Part shown: piece after piece, positions 12,425 to 24,789 of the stretch
How the letters are laid out: each line of letters begins with the position of its first letter
Position numbering within the stretch: position 1 is the stretch's first letter
Notes under the pieces: generated by a model
What the model was told of the DNA's origin: nothing
The model's database searches: none
Seen by the model: only the letters and a program-made list of their open reading frames with translations
Assembly: GCF_001194135.2 (NCBI RefSeq)
Contig: NC_068985.1
Coordinates: forward strand, 49,424,121 to 49,475,508
DNA: 51,388 nt
Direction: 5' to 3'
From: Octopus bimaculoides
Lineage: Eukaryota
Made by a program: the position numbers and the translations under genes

Positions 12425-12632
12425 GTTCAGGCATGAAGTCAGGAACCTTGAGGGAAGGGATTAGTCAATAGCACTGACCCCCACTACTTCCCTGATACTT
12501 TTATTTATCAAGTCCAAAAAGATGAAAGATAAAGCTGACCATAGCAAAATTTGAACTCAGAATGTAAAGATCCAGAAGAAATGCTGCATGGCATTTCTTT
12601 CAACACTAAAGATTCTGCCAATCTTATTGCCT
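12425..12632 (-). mobile_element. SINE group B
   Basis: ggcatgaagtcagg...aaatttgaactcagaatgtaaag...gattctgccaa. Confidence 0.7.
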
Positions 12633-12815
12633 TGAGTATCATAGTATTAGTAACACCAATAACAATAAAATAAAAGGATCTCATTGCATGACTGCCGGGC
12701 TTGCTAGAAATAATAGCTACATCTCCCTTGAACCACAGACCTAATTTTCTTAAAAAATAAAGGACACATTGGATAATGTAATCATTGTCCAAGATATACT
12801 ATGCCAGAATATATG

Positions 12816-12857
<42 letters not shown>

Positions 12858-12864
12858 CATATAT

Positions 12865-13285
12865 GCATCTCACTGTCCTGTTCTTGTTAACACTTTCACA
12901 CTCCGCAAAAAATTCCAAACTTTATTTAATTTGCTTTGCGCGGAAGGACTGTTCCAACAATGTCGCGTATTGTCCTTGCCTTTGAAATGCAGAGTAGATG
13001 GAACAGGGACAACTGACATGTTGCATGTCTCGTTTCTTGTTTCTCTGTTTGTTTTTTTCGTTGTTCGAAAAATGTTCATTTTCTGTTTTCGTTTTTGTTT
13101 TCGATTCTCATTTTGTTTAACGTTTTTTTTTTTTTTATGTCCTGTACCAATACATGCATGTATGTATACATATAGATGTAGGTATGTATATATATGCATG
13201 GATATATGCATATATCTATATATTATTTATATTATTATATGATCGAACACCACACATCCTTTTCCAAGTAAGTTTTATCTACACT
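12865..13285 (+). repeat. Unclassified interspersed repeat, copy 1 (diverged homolog of 50965-51388)
   Basis: Five colinear shared blocks: ccaaactttattt, gagtagatgga, gtcctgtacc, tatatgatYgaac, tttccaagtaagtt. Confidence 0.65.
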
Positions 13286-14084
13286 NNNNNNNNNNNNNNN
13301 NNNNNNNNNNNNNNNNNNNNNNNNNNNNNNNNNNNNNNNNNNNNNNNNNNNNNNNNNNNNNNNNNNNNNNNNNNNNNNNNNNNNNNNNNNNNNNNNNNNN
13401 NNNNNNNNNNNNNNNNNNNNNNNNNNNNNNNNNNNNNNNNNNNNNNNNNNNNNNNNNNNNNNNNNNNNNNNNNNNNNNNNNNNNNNNNNNNNNNNNNNNN
13501 NNNNNNNNNNNNNNNNNNNNNNNNNNNNNNNNNNNNNNNNNNNNNNNNNNNNNNNNNNNNNNNNNNNNNNNNNNNNNNNNNNNNNNNNNNNNNNNNNNNN
13601 NNNNNNNNNNNNNNNNNNNNNNNNNNNNNNNNNNNNNNNNNNNNNNNNATATTATACATAGAGAGAGAGAGTGAGAGGGATGGGGTTATAGAAAGCACAT
13701 TATCAAGCAACATGCCTGTTAAGAGGTTCAATTGGCCTGGAGCTAGAAAACATCCAGTGTTCTAATGCATTGTAGTGCACATACATTATTTGGTGCAACT
13801 TGCAGCTGCCAAGTTTACTTCATCACCACCTGCATGTTTTAGCTAAGCATTTAAAAACATGGCAAAATTGCAAAAACCTGATTTGATGGATGTGGTAGAA
13901 GAAACCTGTATCATCATCATCATCATCATCATCATCAAGAATGCATTTTCATCATTACCTTCCTCAGCATTAACATCATTGTCATCACCTTCATTATCAC
14001 AATCATTACTTATGATGGGGATTAGGATGATGATTGTTAATGTTATAATGCTGAAACTAAAAGAAGTCTGTCATATATGAGTGT

Positions 14085-14094
14085 GCAAGTGTGT

Positions 14095-14131
<37 letters not shown>

Positions 14132-14295
14132 TGTGTTGATGGATGTGTGTGTCTGTGTCTGACAACTGGTGTTGGTTATGTCCCCATAACATAGCAGTTC
14201 AGCAAAAGAGACCAATAGAATAAGTAACAGGTTTTACAAAATTCTTCAAGGTGGTGCCCCTGCATGGCCACAGTTTTATGACTGAAACAAGTACA
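14085..14295 (+). mobile_element. SINE group A, 3' half
   Basis: (TG)n, then gacaactgg...gcaaaagagaccaatagaataagta...gactgaaacaagta. Confidence 0.8.
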
Positions 14296-14299
14296 GTGA

Positions 14300-14451
14300 T
14301 TGGCGTTAGGAAGGGCATCCAGCTGTAGAAACTCTGCCAAATCAGATTGGAGCCTGGTGTAGCCATCTGGTTTCACCAGTCCTCAGTCAAATCGTCCAAC
14401 CCATGCTAGCATGGGAAGCGGACGTTAAACGATGATGATGATGATGATGAT
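14300..14451 (+). mobile_element. RTE-type 3' tail repeat (group C), young
   Basis: ttggcgttaggaagggcatccagctgtagaaactctgcc...ggacgttaaacgatgatgatg. Confidence 0.85.
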
Positions 14452-14747
14452 CTGTCTGTTCCTTCTGTTGATAAGTTTTGACATCAAATTTCTGTCAGCA
14501 AAGAACAGACATACAACTCAGCAGGGTACAATCAACATAAAAGCCCTACAGATATGAACTACAACAGCATTAACTTTGAGGAATTGGAAATTAACCCATT
14601 CTGAGTCATATCTAGCAAAATATTTAGCGGATACTTACAACACACTGCACATATTTTGTTTTAGAAGAACTGGACAAAGCATCCTTCATATACACACATA
14701 TAAACATGCATTTACAAGCACATGTAATCATACACATGTATGTATGA

Positions 14748-14796
<49 letters not shown>

Positions 14797-15819
14797 TGTA
14801 CAGACTCATTAAAATAACATATTACAAAACTATTTAAAGATGTTGCTCATCTGGAGATGGTAAGCTGAAGGTGCTGGGCGTGGTAACATGATGATGATGA
14901 TGATGATGATGATTATGGTACCACCAATGAGGACAGCAGTGGCAAAGTGGTGATGATGACGATGGCAATTGTGGTTGACATCGTCGTGATGATAGCGATG
15001 ATAATTGTGGTGGTGGATATGAGTATACCTGTAAGTACATAAGCATGCAATACATACATGCACATTTGTGTGCATGTAAACAAGAAGAGGCTAGAGGAAG
15101 AGGAAGAGAAAAAGGAAAAAAAAAAAACAGTGCTGGCCATATTTTTACACACGCACCTAAGCAATACAGGATAAACATTAATGAGTGCAACATAAGTGGA
15201 ATTCTGAACATAAGTACATGTGCATGTTTGTGTGTGTGTGAGAGAGAGAGTAAGAGTGAGAGAGTAAATACCTATGAAGAAATATAAGTACAATCCATTT
15301 GCAGACATAATAGCAGCACACACATACTCCATATAATTTAGTTTCTAAAATGTTTGTGCAATTTTATTTCCTTTTTCTGTGTTATTTAGCCCAGAGTTAA
15401 CTATGTCTGAGTTATGAACAGCTCGCCTTCTTTATTTCTTCCAGTAATAGTGTATCTAAGGCTACATTGTCCAATGTGTCCTTAATTAAGATGGTACAGC
15501 ATGATTTCAGGGAGATTTAGCAGCAAATTTTCCAGGAGATTGAGCTTTTAAACACTTATTGATTCATCAAGCACAAAATTTGGTAAGGAATGATGTGTAT
15601 ACAACTCCAAATACTGTAAAAAGAAAAATACACATTTCCTATGCCCCAAGGGAACTTTGAAGGTTAGGCCTTAGCTTTGTTAGGCTAAGAGATGAATCTC
15701 TGTCTAGAGTAGAGAGAGGGTCCTTGCTTTTAACATTCCTGACAAGCAAGTAAACAAGGCAACATCTATGTAGCTATTCAACCCACAACTAACAGCAAGA
15801 AAATCTCCCTCATGGCACA

Positions 15820-15990
15820 CCCCAAAATGGCTGCATGGTTAAGAAGTCGGTTTTGCAGGTTTCAGGTTCAGTCCCACTGGGTGGTATCTTGGGCTACTGT
15901 CTTCTATATTCTCAGACCAACCAATGACTTGGCAGATGGAAAAATATACAAAGCCCATCATGAGTGTGTGTTTGTGTGTATGAATATCTA
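15820..15990 (+). mobile_element. SINE group A head, diverged
   Basis: atggctgcatggttaagaag...caggttcagtcccactg...cttgggc. Confidence 0.65.
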
Positions 15991-16440
15991 CATTCTGTGA
16001 TTGCAGGAAAAATTGCTCGGCTTCAGATATTGTTGTTTGTTTTCATTTCTTTATCAATAAATTGTCCAATAACATTGCACTTTCAAAAGACAAGTGGAAT
16101 TCAAACTCCCTCACTTGAAAAATAGGTAATGGTCAGTGACAAGAAGGGCATTCATCTGTAAAAACATTTCTAGCATGTTTCTGTAACCCATGCTAGCATG
16201 GATCAAACAAGACTATGAGCTAAGTTTTCCATAGTTGGATGCTCTTCCTGTTGTTAACCTTCACCTGTTTCCACAAAAAGTAAAAATACTCCAGTTTACT
16301 AAACAATAAACAGCTCAGACATGATTATACAGAGAACTAGAAACAAATGGCTCCATCTTACAACCAGTAAGAAAACAAGCAGAAATACAAATTCACCTAC
16401 ATAAACGCACTGTATGTGCATGTGCATATACACACACTTT

Positions 16441-16487
<47 letters not shown>

Positions 16488-16502
16488 ACACATATACATA
16501 CA

Positions 16503-16685
16503 TATCATCATCATTTAACATCCATGTTCCATGTTGGCAATGGGTTCGACAAGGATATGATGGGTCCGAGGACTGTATTATGCCTCAGAGTCAGCTTTAG
16601 CGTAATTTCTATGGCTGGATACCCTTTCTAACACCAACCAATTTACAGTGTGTAATGGGTGCTATTTTTCATGCCACTGGCACTA
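16503..16685 (-). mobile_element. RTE-type 3' tail repeat (group C), diverged
   Basis: catcatcatttaacatccatgttccatgttggc...tttctatggctggataccctttctaacacc. Confidence 0.65.
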
Positions 16686-16799
16686 TTGAGGTTGCCATGC
16701 AGCTTACAAGTCTACAAAACATGAGGGATGGGTTTGGGGGTGCATCCCTATATTAGACAGGGGCTAAGGTATGAGAAGGGGTTGGGATAGTCCAGGTTC

Positions 16800-16970
16800 A
16801 TATCTGACGCATGTCTTCAGTATCCATCTACCAATTTCACTCACAAGATACTTGTCAGCTGGGCCCTGTACTATAATATCCACAGGGTTACCATGTTCAT
16901 GCAATGGAACCAAACCAACCTCCTAACTATGTGGTTCTAAAGCAAACGCCTTAATCACACAGCCATTCCA
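16800..16970 (-). mobile_element. SINE group A head, diverged
   Basis: ttcactcacaagatac...atggaaccaaacc...ttaatcacacagccatt. Confidence 0.55.
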
Positions 16971-17379
16971 ACAATACATTAAACAATATAGTCTAATAAA
17001 GCAGAATGGCCACAGATGGAATGCATTTGACCAGCCTTCTGAATGATCAAGATTAACCTGGGGTTGAACAACAATATGACTACTCAGAATAGGTGAAGAT
17101 TTAACATACTCTGTTCACAACACTGTACACTCAATAAGATAGCTGTTGTTGGTGGTAGTGTTGTCATTCAACTTCCCCTACCCCCACCCCTGCTCCACAT
17201 ATAAACCTTCAACCATCTTTAAACCATCCTAAAATATTCCCAAGACCTAATCTACAATCAGAAGCCTTTGGAGGTTGATAAAAATATACAAATCCAATGC
17301 CTAAAACTATACAAATCAAATGACTAAAACAAAGAAAATATGAAAGATATATATTTAGTAGGAGGGGCTTTTTTCAGTT

Positions 17380-17515
17380 ACCAACAACTAAATCCACTCA
17401 CAAAGCTTTGGATAGCCCGGGGTTACAACAGAAGAAACTGCCCGAAGTTTCACAATTGGACTGAACCTGCAACCATGAGATTGGGAAGCAAACTTCTTAA
17501 CCATGCACCTTACAT
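17380..17515 (-). mobile_element. SINE group A head
   Basis: aaatccactcacaaagctttgg...ggactgaacctgcaaccatg...cttcttaaccatgc. Confidence 0.65.
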
Positions 17516-17589
17516 ATGAGGGTATGTGTTTGTGTCCTTGCCATGATGCCACACAATGGTTCTGAATAGTATGACCATCATACAAGCAA

Positions 17590-17762
17590 TGTTATTCATA
17601 TTGAGTCTTTGTCTGGCCATAAGAAGGAAATATTACTTTACTTAAAAGCAGTTGATGATTGACAATGGGAAGGGCATCTGGCTGTAGAAAATTTGCTACA
17701 AGAAATTTAGTCTAACCCTTGCAGGTATGGAAAAGTGGATATAAAATTGTGATCATGATGAT
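17590..17762 (+). mobile_element. RTE-type 3' tail repeat, second subfamily
   Basis: ggaagggcatctggctgtagaaaatttgc...gcaggtatggaaaagtggatataaaattgtgatcatgatg; related copies at 18105-18315 (+), 45060-45235 (+) and 45440-45610 (-). Confidence 0.6.
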
Positions 17763-17974
17763 CAAGCATGCAGTTTTTCTTTCCATTCACATTTGAAAAG
17801 TGCAGAGCTAATGAATAATAATAGAGAATTGTCAACAAAGAATATCATTTGTAGCTCAGCACATAATGTAAGCATACACACAAATGCAAAAATTATACAT
17901 TCATACATACATATGAGTGAATGGTCAAAAGAAAGAGGCACTCAACACATTTAGTAGATGTTATATATACATAC

Positions 17975-18095
17975 ATATGCATGGTAAGAAGCTTGCTTCC
18001 TAACCACATGGTTCTGGGTTCAGTCCCACTGTGTGGCACCTTGGGTAAGTATCTTCTACTATAGCCTTGGGTTGACCAAAGCCTTGTGAGTTTCT
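17975..18095 (+). mobile_element. SINE group A head
   Basis: tggtaagaagcttgcttcctaaccacatggttctgggttcagtcccactgtgtggcaccttggg. Confidence 0.8.
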
Positions 18096-18342
18096 GCCTA
18101 CTGAATATCTGTTTAATGCAACAGTCAACATGAAACAGATGATAACATTCTGGCCAGTTATAAACCATAACCAATAATATATTGCTCAACGATATGTGTC
18201 TGTATAATATATCTACACACACATGACAGAAGGGTATCTGACCATAAAATATCTGCCTCACCAAATTCTATCTGACCCATGCAAGCATGGAAAAATAAAT
18301 ATTAAAATGAAGGTGGTAATGTATATATGTACAGACAAATAG

Positions 18343-18377
<35 letters not shown>

Positions 18378-18399
18378 AGTGAGTGAGTGAGTGTAGCTG

Positions 18400-18550
18400 A
18401 CAGGCTTCTGTACAGTTTCTGCCTACCAAATTCACTCACAAGGCATTGGTCAACCAGGACTATAGTAAAAGACACTCACCTAAGGTGACACACAATGAGG
18501 CGAAACCTGGAACTACATAGTTGTGATGCAAGCTTCTTAACTACAGAGCC
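18400..18550 (-). mobile_element. SINE group A head
   Basis: gcctaccaaattcactcacaaggcattggtcaacc...gcaagcttcttaactacagagcc. Confidence 0.7.
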
Positions 18551-18954
18551 ATGCTTTGTGTATGTATGTGCATGTGGTATTTTCATGTGTGCCTATGTAT
18601 TTTTGTACCATTGTTTATATATGCATATGTATTACTCTTATTATCTATGTATGTGTGAGTGTAGATACGTCTGTGTATAACTGTTTGTGTATGTTTATAT
18701 CTTTCCAATCAAACTGAAGTGTGAGTAGAAGAAATGTTGAAAGTAAATTTAATTTTCGAGAAAGTTTTTGAACCCATAGGAAAGAGAAAACTTCATTTAT
18801 ATTTGCTGTGTGAACCAGAAAAGTGGTCAGAGATAGAAGAAAAGTGGGAGAGAGGTGGAAAGAGAGAAGGATTGAGGAAATTAGAAGAGAATGAATATGA
18901 AAGATGGAGGAAACACTGAGTTAAGGAAGAGAAAAAAATATGGACAGACAGCCA

Positions 18955-19072
18955 TACAGACAAACACACAAATGGATAGATAGAGAGACAGGTAGACATA
19001 CATACAGACAGACAGATGGATGGATGGATGGATGGATGGATGGATAGATAGATAGATAGATAGATAGATAAC
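18955..19072. repeat. Compound (GACA)/(GATG)n/(GATA)n tetranucleotide repeat
   Basis: Directly visible. Confidence 0.9.
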
Positions 19073-19517
19073 AAATGAAAGTACGGATGGACTGAGAAAA
19101 AGATTCGGGGGCAGGGACTATATCATCAACATCCGTTTTCCATGTTGGCATGGGTTGGACAGTATATATATGTATGTATNNNNNNNNNNNNNNNNNNNNN
19201 NNNNNNNNNNNNNNNNNNNNNNNNNNNNNNNNNNNNNNNNNNNNNNNNNNNNNNNNNNNNNNNNNNNNNNNNNNNNNNNNNNNNNNNNNNNNNNNNNNNN
19301 NNNNNNNNNNNNNNNNNNNNNNNNNNNNNNNNNNNNNNNNNNNNNNNNNNNNNNNNNNNNNNNNNNNNNNNNNNNNNNNNNNNNNNNNNNNNNNNNNNNN
19401 NNNNNNNNNNNNNNNNNNNNNNNNNNNNNNNNNNNNNNNNNNNNNNNNNNNNNNNNNNNNNNNNNNNNNNNNNNNNNNNNNNNNNNNNNNNNNNNNNNNN
19501 NNNNNNNNNNNNNNNNG

Positions 19518-19567
<50 letters not shown>

Positions 19568-19839
19568 GAAGAAGTGTAATGGAGTATGCTAATACAAACA
19601 TTTAGAATAGAGACATAGTTTGATGGAGAGTTGAAATGAGAGAAAAAGCGATAAGCTAATAGTGATGGTTACACAAGTGTATGTGTGTCTGTTTGTGTGT
19701 GTATATATTTCTGTGCATATTTATATATACAGGAGTAACTTGGAGACTTTAAATTTCGTGTTTAACACGTGTTAAACTTGAGAATTTTGAAAGAAATACA
19801 TGAATGTGTATGTGTGTGTATGTGATAGTTAGGTGAGGA

Positions 19840-20215
19840 AAATACTGCTACAGGTACACCTAACTATCTGTCTCATGATCGGGTGGGTAGTTGGTGATGA
19901 AACCAGCACCCCCATCTGGTTTGCCAGGTGAGGAGTGTGTTGTAGACACTTTGCAGGACTAAAACCAAGACCTGTCAAAGGACGGATGAGCTTATTATGA
20001 TCCAACGGCATCCACATGGGTGGTGTTTTTGTTAAAAACATCCTGCACAAGGGCTAGTAACAAGTGCATTTAGCTGGTTCAAGACCATAGCCACAAAAAC
20101 TCCGATGAGAGACACACAGTAGTTTTGAGTTGGAGTCAACGTCCACAAATGAGGTAGCATAGAGCTAAGAAGTGTGCATGAGAGAGGTGGAGCAGGAAGG
20201 TTGCAATATTTTGTA
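19840..20215 (+). mobile_element. Possible decayed RTE LINE 5' fragment (UTR plus start of APE domain)
   Basis: Frameshifted SW-NVH followed by MREVEQEGCNIL resembles the RTE APE start TWNVRT...REMER..INILG. Weak. Confidence 0.3.
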
Positions 20216-20329
20216 AACAACAATTCAAGAAACCAAATTGTTGATTTTGTTTTTTGACAAATGAAATACATTAAACAAAAAAATATGTACTGATTTTGGA
20301 GAAATAATATCATTGCAAAACATAGGTAC

Positions 20330-20365
20330 TATGCGTGTATACATTATATACATATATACATACAC

Positions 20366-20400
<35 letters not shown>

Positions 20401-20638
20401 AATATATACATACACATACATACATATATACACTTACATATAAAGATACACATACATATATACACATAAATATATACACACACACATACATACATACGTA
20501 CATGCACACATACATACATGCATACATACATACATACATACATACATACATACATACATACATACAAGCCTGAGTGCATGCTTATGTGTATATATGAGAT
20601 AGCATGTAAGTGCAAGCATTTGTGTACTTATATATTTG

Positions 20639-20677
<39 letters not shown>

Positions 20678-20783
20678 GCATTTTTATTGTTTCATATTTC
20701 ATGCTCTCCCCAATAAAAGAAATAGAAAATAAATAAATTGAAATCCAAAAAATTATCATTATCATCATTATTATTATTATTAC

Positions 20784-20825
<42 letters not shown>

Positions 20826-20830
20826 CATTA
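20330..20830. repeat. (ATAC)n, (TG)n and (TTA)n microsatellite cluster
   Basis: Directly visible. Confidence 0.9.
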
Positions 20831-20849
20831 ATTTAAATTCCATACTCAC

Positions 20850-20874
20850 TGAAGATATGTATCTGTGTTTCCAT
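20850..20874 (-). CDS. Candidate first coding exon (METQIHIF + 1 nt) of the same gene
   Basis: gcaATGG (G at -3 and +4), then ATG GAA ACA CAG ATA CAT ATC TTC A|gtgagt with a canonical donor. Phase 1 matches the 4667 acceptor and gives METQIHIFTPAKPKFLERL. The 5' extent is hidden by the gap at 20896-21138. Confidence 0.45.
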
Positions 20875-22477
20875 TGCCAACTTCCACGTTCTTGCNNNNN
20901 NNNNNNNNNNNNNNNNNNNNNNNNNNNNNNNNNNNNNNNNNNNNNNNNNNNNNNNNNNNNNNNNNNNNNNNNNNNNNNNNNNNNNNNNNNNNNNNNNNNN
21001 NNNNNNNNNNNNNNNNNNNNNNNNNNNNNNNNNNNNNNNNNNNNNNNNNNNNNNNNNNNNNNNNNNNNNNNNNNNNNNNNNNNNNNNNNNNNNNNNNNNN
21101 NNNNNNNNNNNNNNNNNNNNNNNNNNNNNNNNNNNNNNTTTCTGAATATTTTCTGCTATGATTTGTAGTGTTTTTGTCTTTTTCCTTTTTACTTTTTGCT
21201 TTTTCTTTTTTTGTTTTCAATTTCTTTTGTTAGCAATGAATAAAATTCTTTGAGATTATTCAAGTAGAGGAACGAAGAGAACAATTCATTTTTTTCAATA
21301 GATGGAGCAGGAATTTGGTGGGCAGGTGTGGTGAAGCAGGTTAGGTATTGTTACGCCTTATTAACATTATTATTGTCGTTGTTAATCATAATAATAATGA
21401 TATTAACAGGTTAGGAGGGGAAAGAGAATATCTATTGCCTAAACAATATGAAAAGGGGTAGACAGAAAATTTTAGGGTCCTCACTTCACATTAGGATCTT
21501 GACTTGATCAAGGAGAGAGAGAGAGAGAGAGAAGAAAATATGGGGTTGGATAACTAATGCACACGCATATATAAGAGCACACAAATACACTTAAAAAAAG
21601 GTGGGGGTGTGGGGCACGAAAAGTCTAATAGAAATGTAATCGGGGTTCAAAGGGTGGAGGGAAGAGAGTGATTATGTCAGTGGTAGGAATGGGTAGTCAG
21701 AGTAGGGTGGGTGGGGAGCAGTGTAGTGAATTAGAACAGAATTATTCAGTGGAATTCCTCAATGGTTTCTAGGCGAAGTGGGCTCGCTGTTGGAACATTG
21801 TATATGAATCAATACATAGAACTAGGAATGAACAATTCTTTCAGAAAACTCCAAGTGAGAAATAGAGAAAGAGACAGAAAATGAAAAGAAAGGAGGCACA
21901 GAGAGAGAGAAAAAGAGAAAGAGAATAAAGTGACTGACTACATTGAAAATTGGTTGTGGTGGTGGTAGTGGTGGCAGTGGTAGTTTTGTTGTGCTGTGGG
22001 GGATGAGTGGAATTGGAGGATGAGAGAGAGAAAAAGATGGTAAATAAATGATGGAGGTGCGTAAGATGCAGTGATGTGTGCAATAATGGTGGTTGTAGTG
22101 GTAGTGTTAGCTTGAAGAGAGAGGTGCCAGTACAAGTTGATGCAAGGTAATAATAATGTTGTTGTTGTTGTTGGTAGTGGTGGTAGTAGTGGTAGTAGTG
22201 GTGGCAGCATTATTTGATGTACTTGTGATATAGGTGGTGGTTCAGAAGATTGTGGAGGTGTTAGTGTTGGTGGTGGTGACGATGGTGGTGGTGGTGGTGG
22301 TGCAGGAAAGGAGGAAGAGAGTGTGAGGAATCAACTAAAGGGTGCATCTATTATTTTGTGTTAGTCAGAAGGGTGTGCATATGTATGAGAGAGAGAGAGA
22401 GAGAGGAACAGGTGGGGGATGTAAATCAAATAATTAAGAAGTGAGTTGGGCAGGGGTAAAATAGGAAAGGGTAAAGT

Positions 22478-22508
<31 letters not shown>

Positions 22509-24324
22509 GGGAGGAGGAGAAGGAGCAATTTGGTACAAATTAAAGAGAAAGAGAGTTAATAGAGAGCAATATGGGTATAAAAAGAAAGACAGAGATAGAT
22601 AGAGAGAGAGAGAGAGAGAGGAAGAGAGAGAGTAAAAGAGAAAGTGGAAAAATAAATCAGAGCAAGATGTGTATCTGTTGTGTATGTGTGTGACATGCGT
22701 ACATAATTGTATGCAAGTTATGGGAGTATCATAATGTGAATATATGATGGTGTGCGTGTGTGTGTGCGTGTGTGTGTGCGTGTGTATGTGTGTGTGTGCA
22801 TGCGTGTGTGTATGTGTGTGTGTGTGTAAATGATTATTGTTTTTGTGGTTTGTTTTCTTAATGTCTGAAGTGGGTGGGAATGAGAAAAGACGTCTGTGTG
22901 TGTGTGTGTGTGTGTGTATGTAGGGGGTTTAGGAGTGCCACATCAAACTAATTCTGCTGTAATCACTGCAGAAGTGAACAAGTGACTATTGTAATATAAT
23001 TGCTCTTACTATTACTAATTCTCCATTTAATACTATTATTTTATGGCTGACTTTTCAACTAGTTTATGTGTGTATGTGTGATAGCAACTGATATATAAAT
23101 AATATAAAAAGACTAACAGGAGGAGTCAATAGACACCCACAGCCAAATTTACGGTACTTTTTTATAAAAGCAGAGATCTTTACCAAATTAAATGGAGGGG
23201 GGGGTCTCGATCCATAATCTGAAAATGATAACTTAGCTTAATTTTGTGGTTGTTAGATTTATGAAATGGGTGAGTGGGATATTTGTTGTTTTTTTTACTC
23301 TTTTAGCTGTTTCAGTCTTTGGACTTTGGCTGTGTTGGGGTGCTGTGTTGAAGGGGCTTTAAGTGATCGATCATATCGATCTGGGTACTTATTTTCGAGG
23401 CTGATACTTTTAGCAGTCTCTATTTGTTGCACTATTAAGTTACAAGACATGAAGACACATTTTTTTTTTTTTATGTGGTTAAGCTTTATCTTTTGACACA
23501 TGCATACACACGGACACACACACACATAACTGGTATTTAAACATTGATAGACATTCTCCAGTCTCTGCTTTCTGTACAGCTGGTGTAATGGTGTTTGTTC
23601 TTCTGAGCAAGTTGGTCTTCTACAACCCTCACTCGAACACTCTTAACTTACTTGCCTTGCTGTCTCTCATTACCCATGTTGTGTCCAATTCCACCAGATT
23701 CCACACTAACAATGCTAATCTTTCCTCCCCATAATAATAAACTCTCTGGAACTCATTCCTTGTCCATGTCTTTTCTGTAGGTGTCAGCTTGCAGTAATTT
23801 AAGCAGAACATTAAGGACATAGATCTCACTGGCCTTGGAGGGCCTGTGAAGACCTAGCAAATAACACACACACACACACATATGCATGTGCACATGCACT
23901 CACATGTGCACATACACACATGCGTGCATACACACACACACACACACACACTTATATCATTTGTTCATTGCTTAAGCACTGGTTTTTCTATGATAGCTAG
24001 CATGACTTAGATGAATATATATATATATATATATATATTAGTAAAGTATTGTCTTACAGCCAGATGCTCTTCCTGTTATTAACCCTTACTTGTTATTCAA
24101 GTAAAGGAGTTTTCATTCCACAAGTGTTTGAAATCAGAGACACCAGATAACAGGCTGTCCTTGGAAGTGTCATCATATGACAATATCTATAACTCAGTAC
24201 TGCACAGAATGTGAATATTCACATGTATGTACACATGCACAAACACCCCCCCCCCCCCACACACACACATACAGTACTTTGCNNNNNNNNNNCCCCCCCC
24301 CCCCCACACACACACATACAGTAC

Positions 24325-24468
24325 TTTGCAAAATCATGGTTTTAGGTTCAGTTCCATAGTGCACTACCTTGGGAAAGTGTCTTGTACAATAACCATGGGT
24401 TCACCAAAGCCTTGTGAGTGAATTTGGTTGAGTAAAACTGTAAGAAACTGCATGTTTGCATGCGTGTT

Positions 24469-24490
<22 letters not shown>
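24325..24490 (+). mobile_element. SINE group A head
   Basis: atcatggttttaggttcagttcc...ccttgggaaagtgtctt...ccaaagccttgtgagtgaatttgg. Confidence 0.7.
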
Positions 24491-24504
<14 letters not shown>

Positions 24505-24789
24505 GTTGCACAAGCACATACATATTTCTGTGTGTATGTGTGCACCTGTGCATTTATTTGTGTGAATATTAATATTTGACAGGTTCGTTTGTCGCTGTTT
24601 GAGGAAATTGGTGATGAAGTTTGTTTCTTGTTGACGCTATAAGTAGTTGCTCTGCACTTGCAAAAAATACCTGACTTGGAAATCAGGTGACGATTAGCAA
24701 CAGGGACATCAATTAACTTCCACTCCAATGAATGATATTAACACTTATATACAACATATATACACAAACAAGAGGCTTTTTCACAATTC

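Noticed and set aside
12870-13211. ORF ...MNIFRTTKK...KVWNFLRSVKVLTRTGQ with a GTGAGA donor, as an alternative first exon
   Set aside because: It lies in a repeat with a diverged second copy at 50965-51388 that does not keep the frame. Its phase (2) does not fit the 4667 acceptor.
14830-15211. His-rich or Ser-rich ORFs after an acceptor-like ttacag
   Set aside because: Degenerate (CAT)n/(CAC)n microsatellite; triplet repeats are open in several frames by construction.
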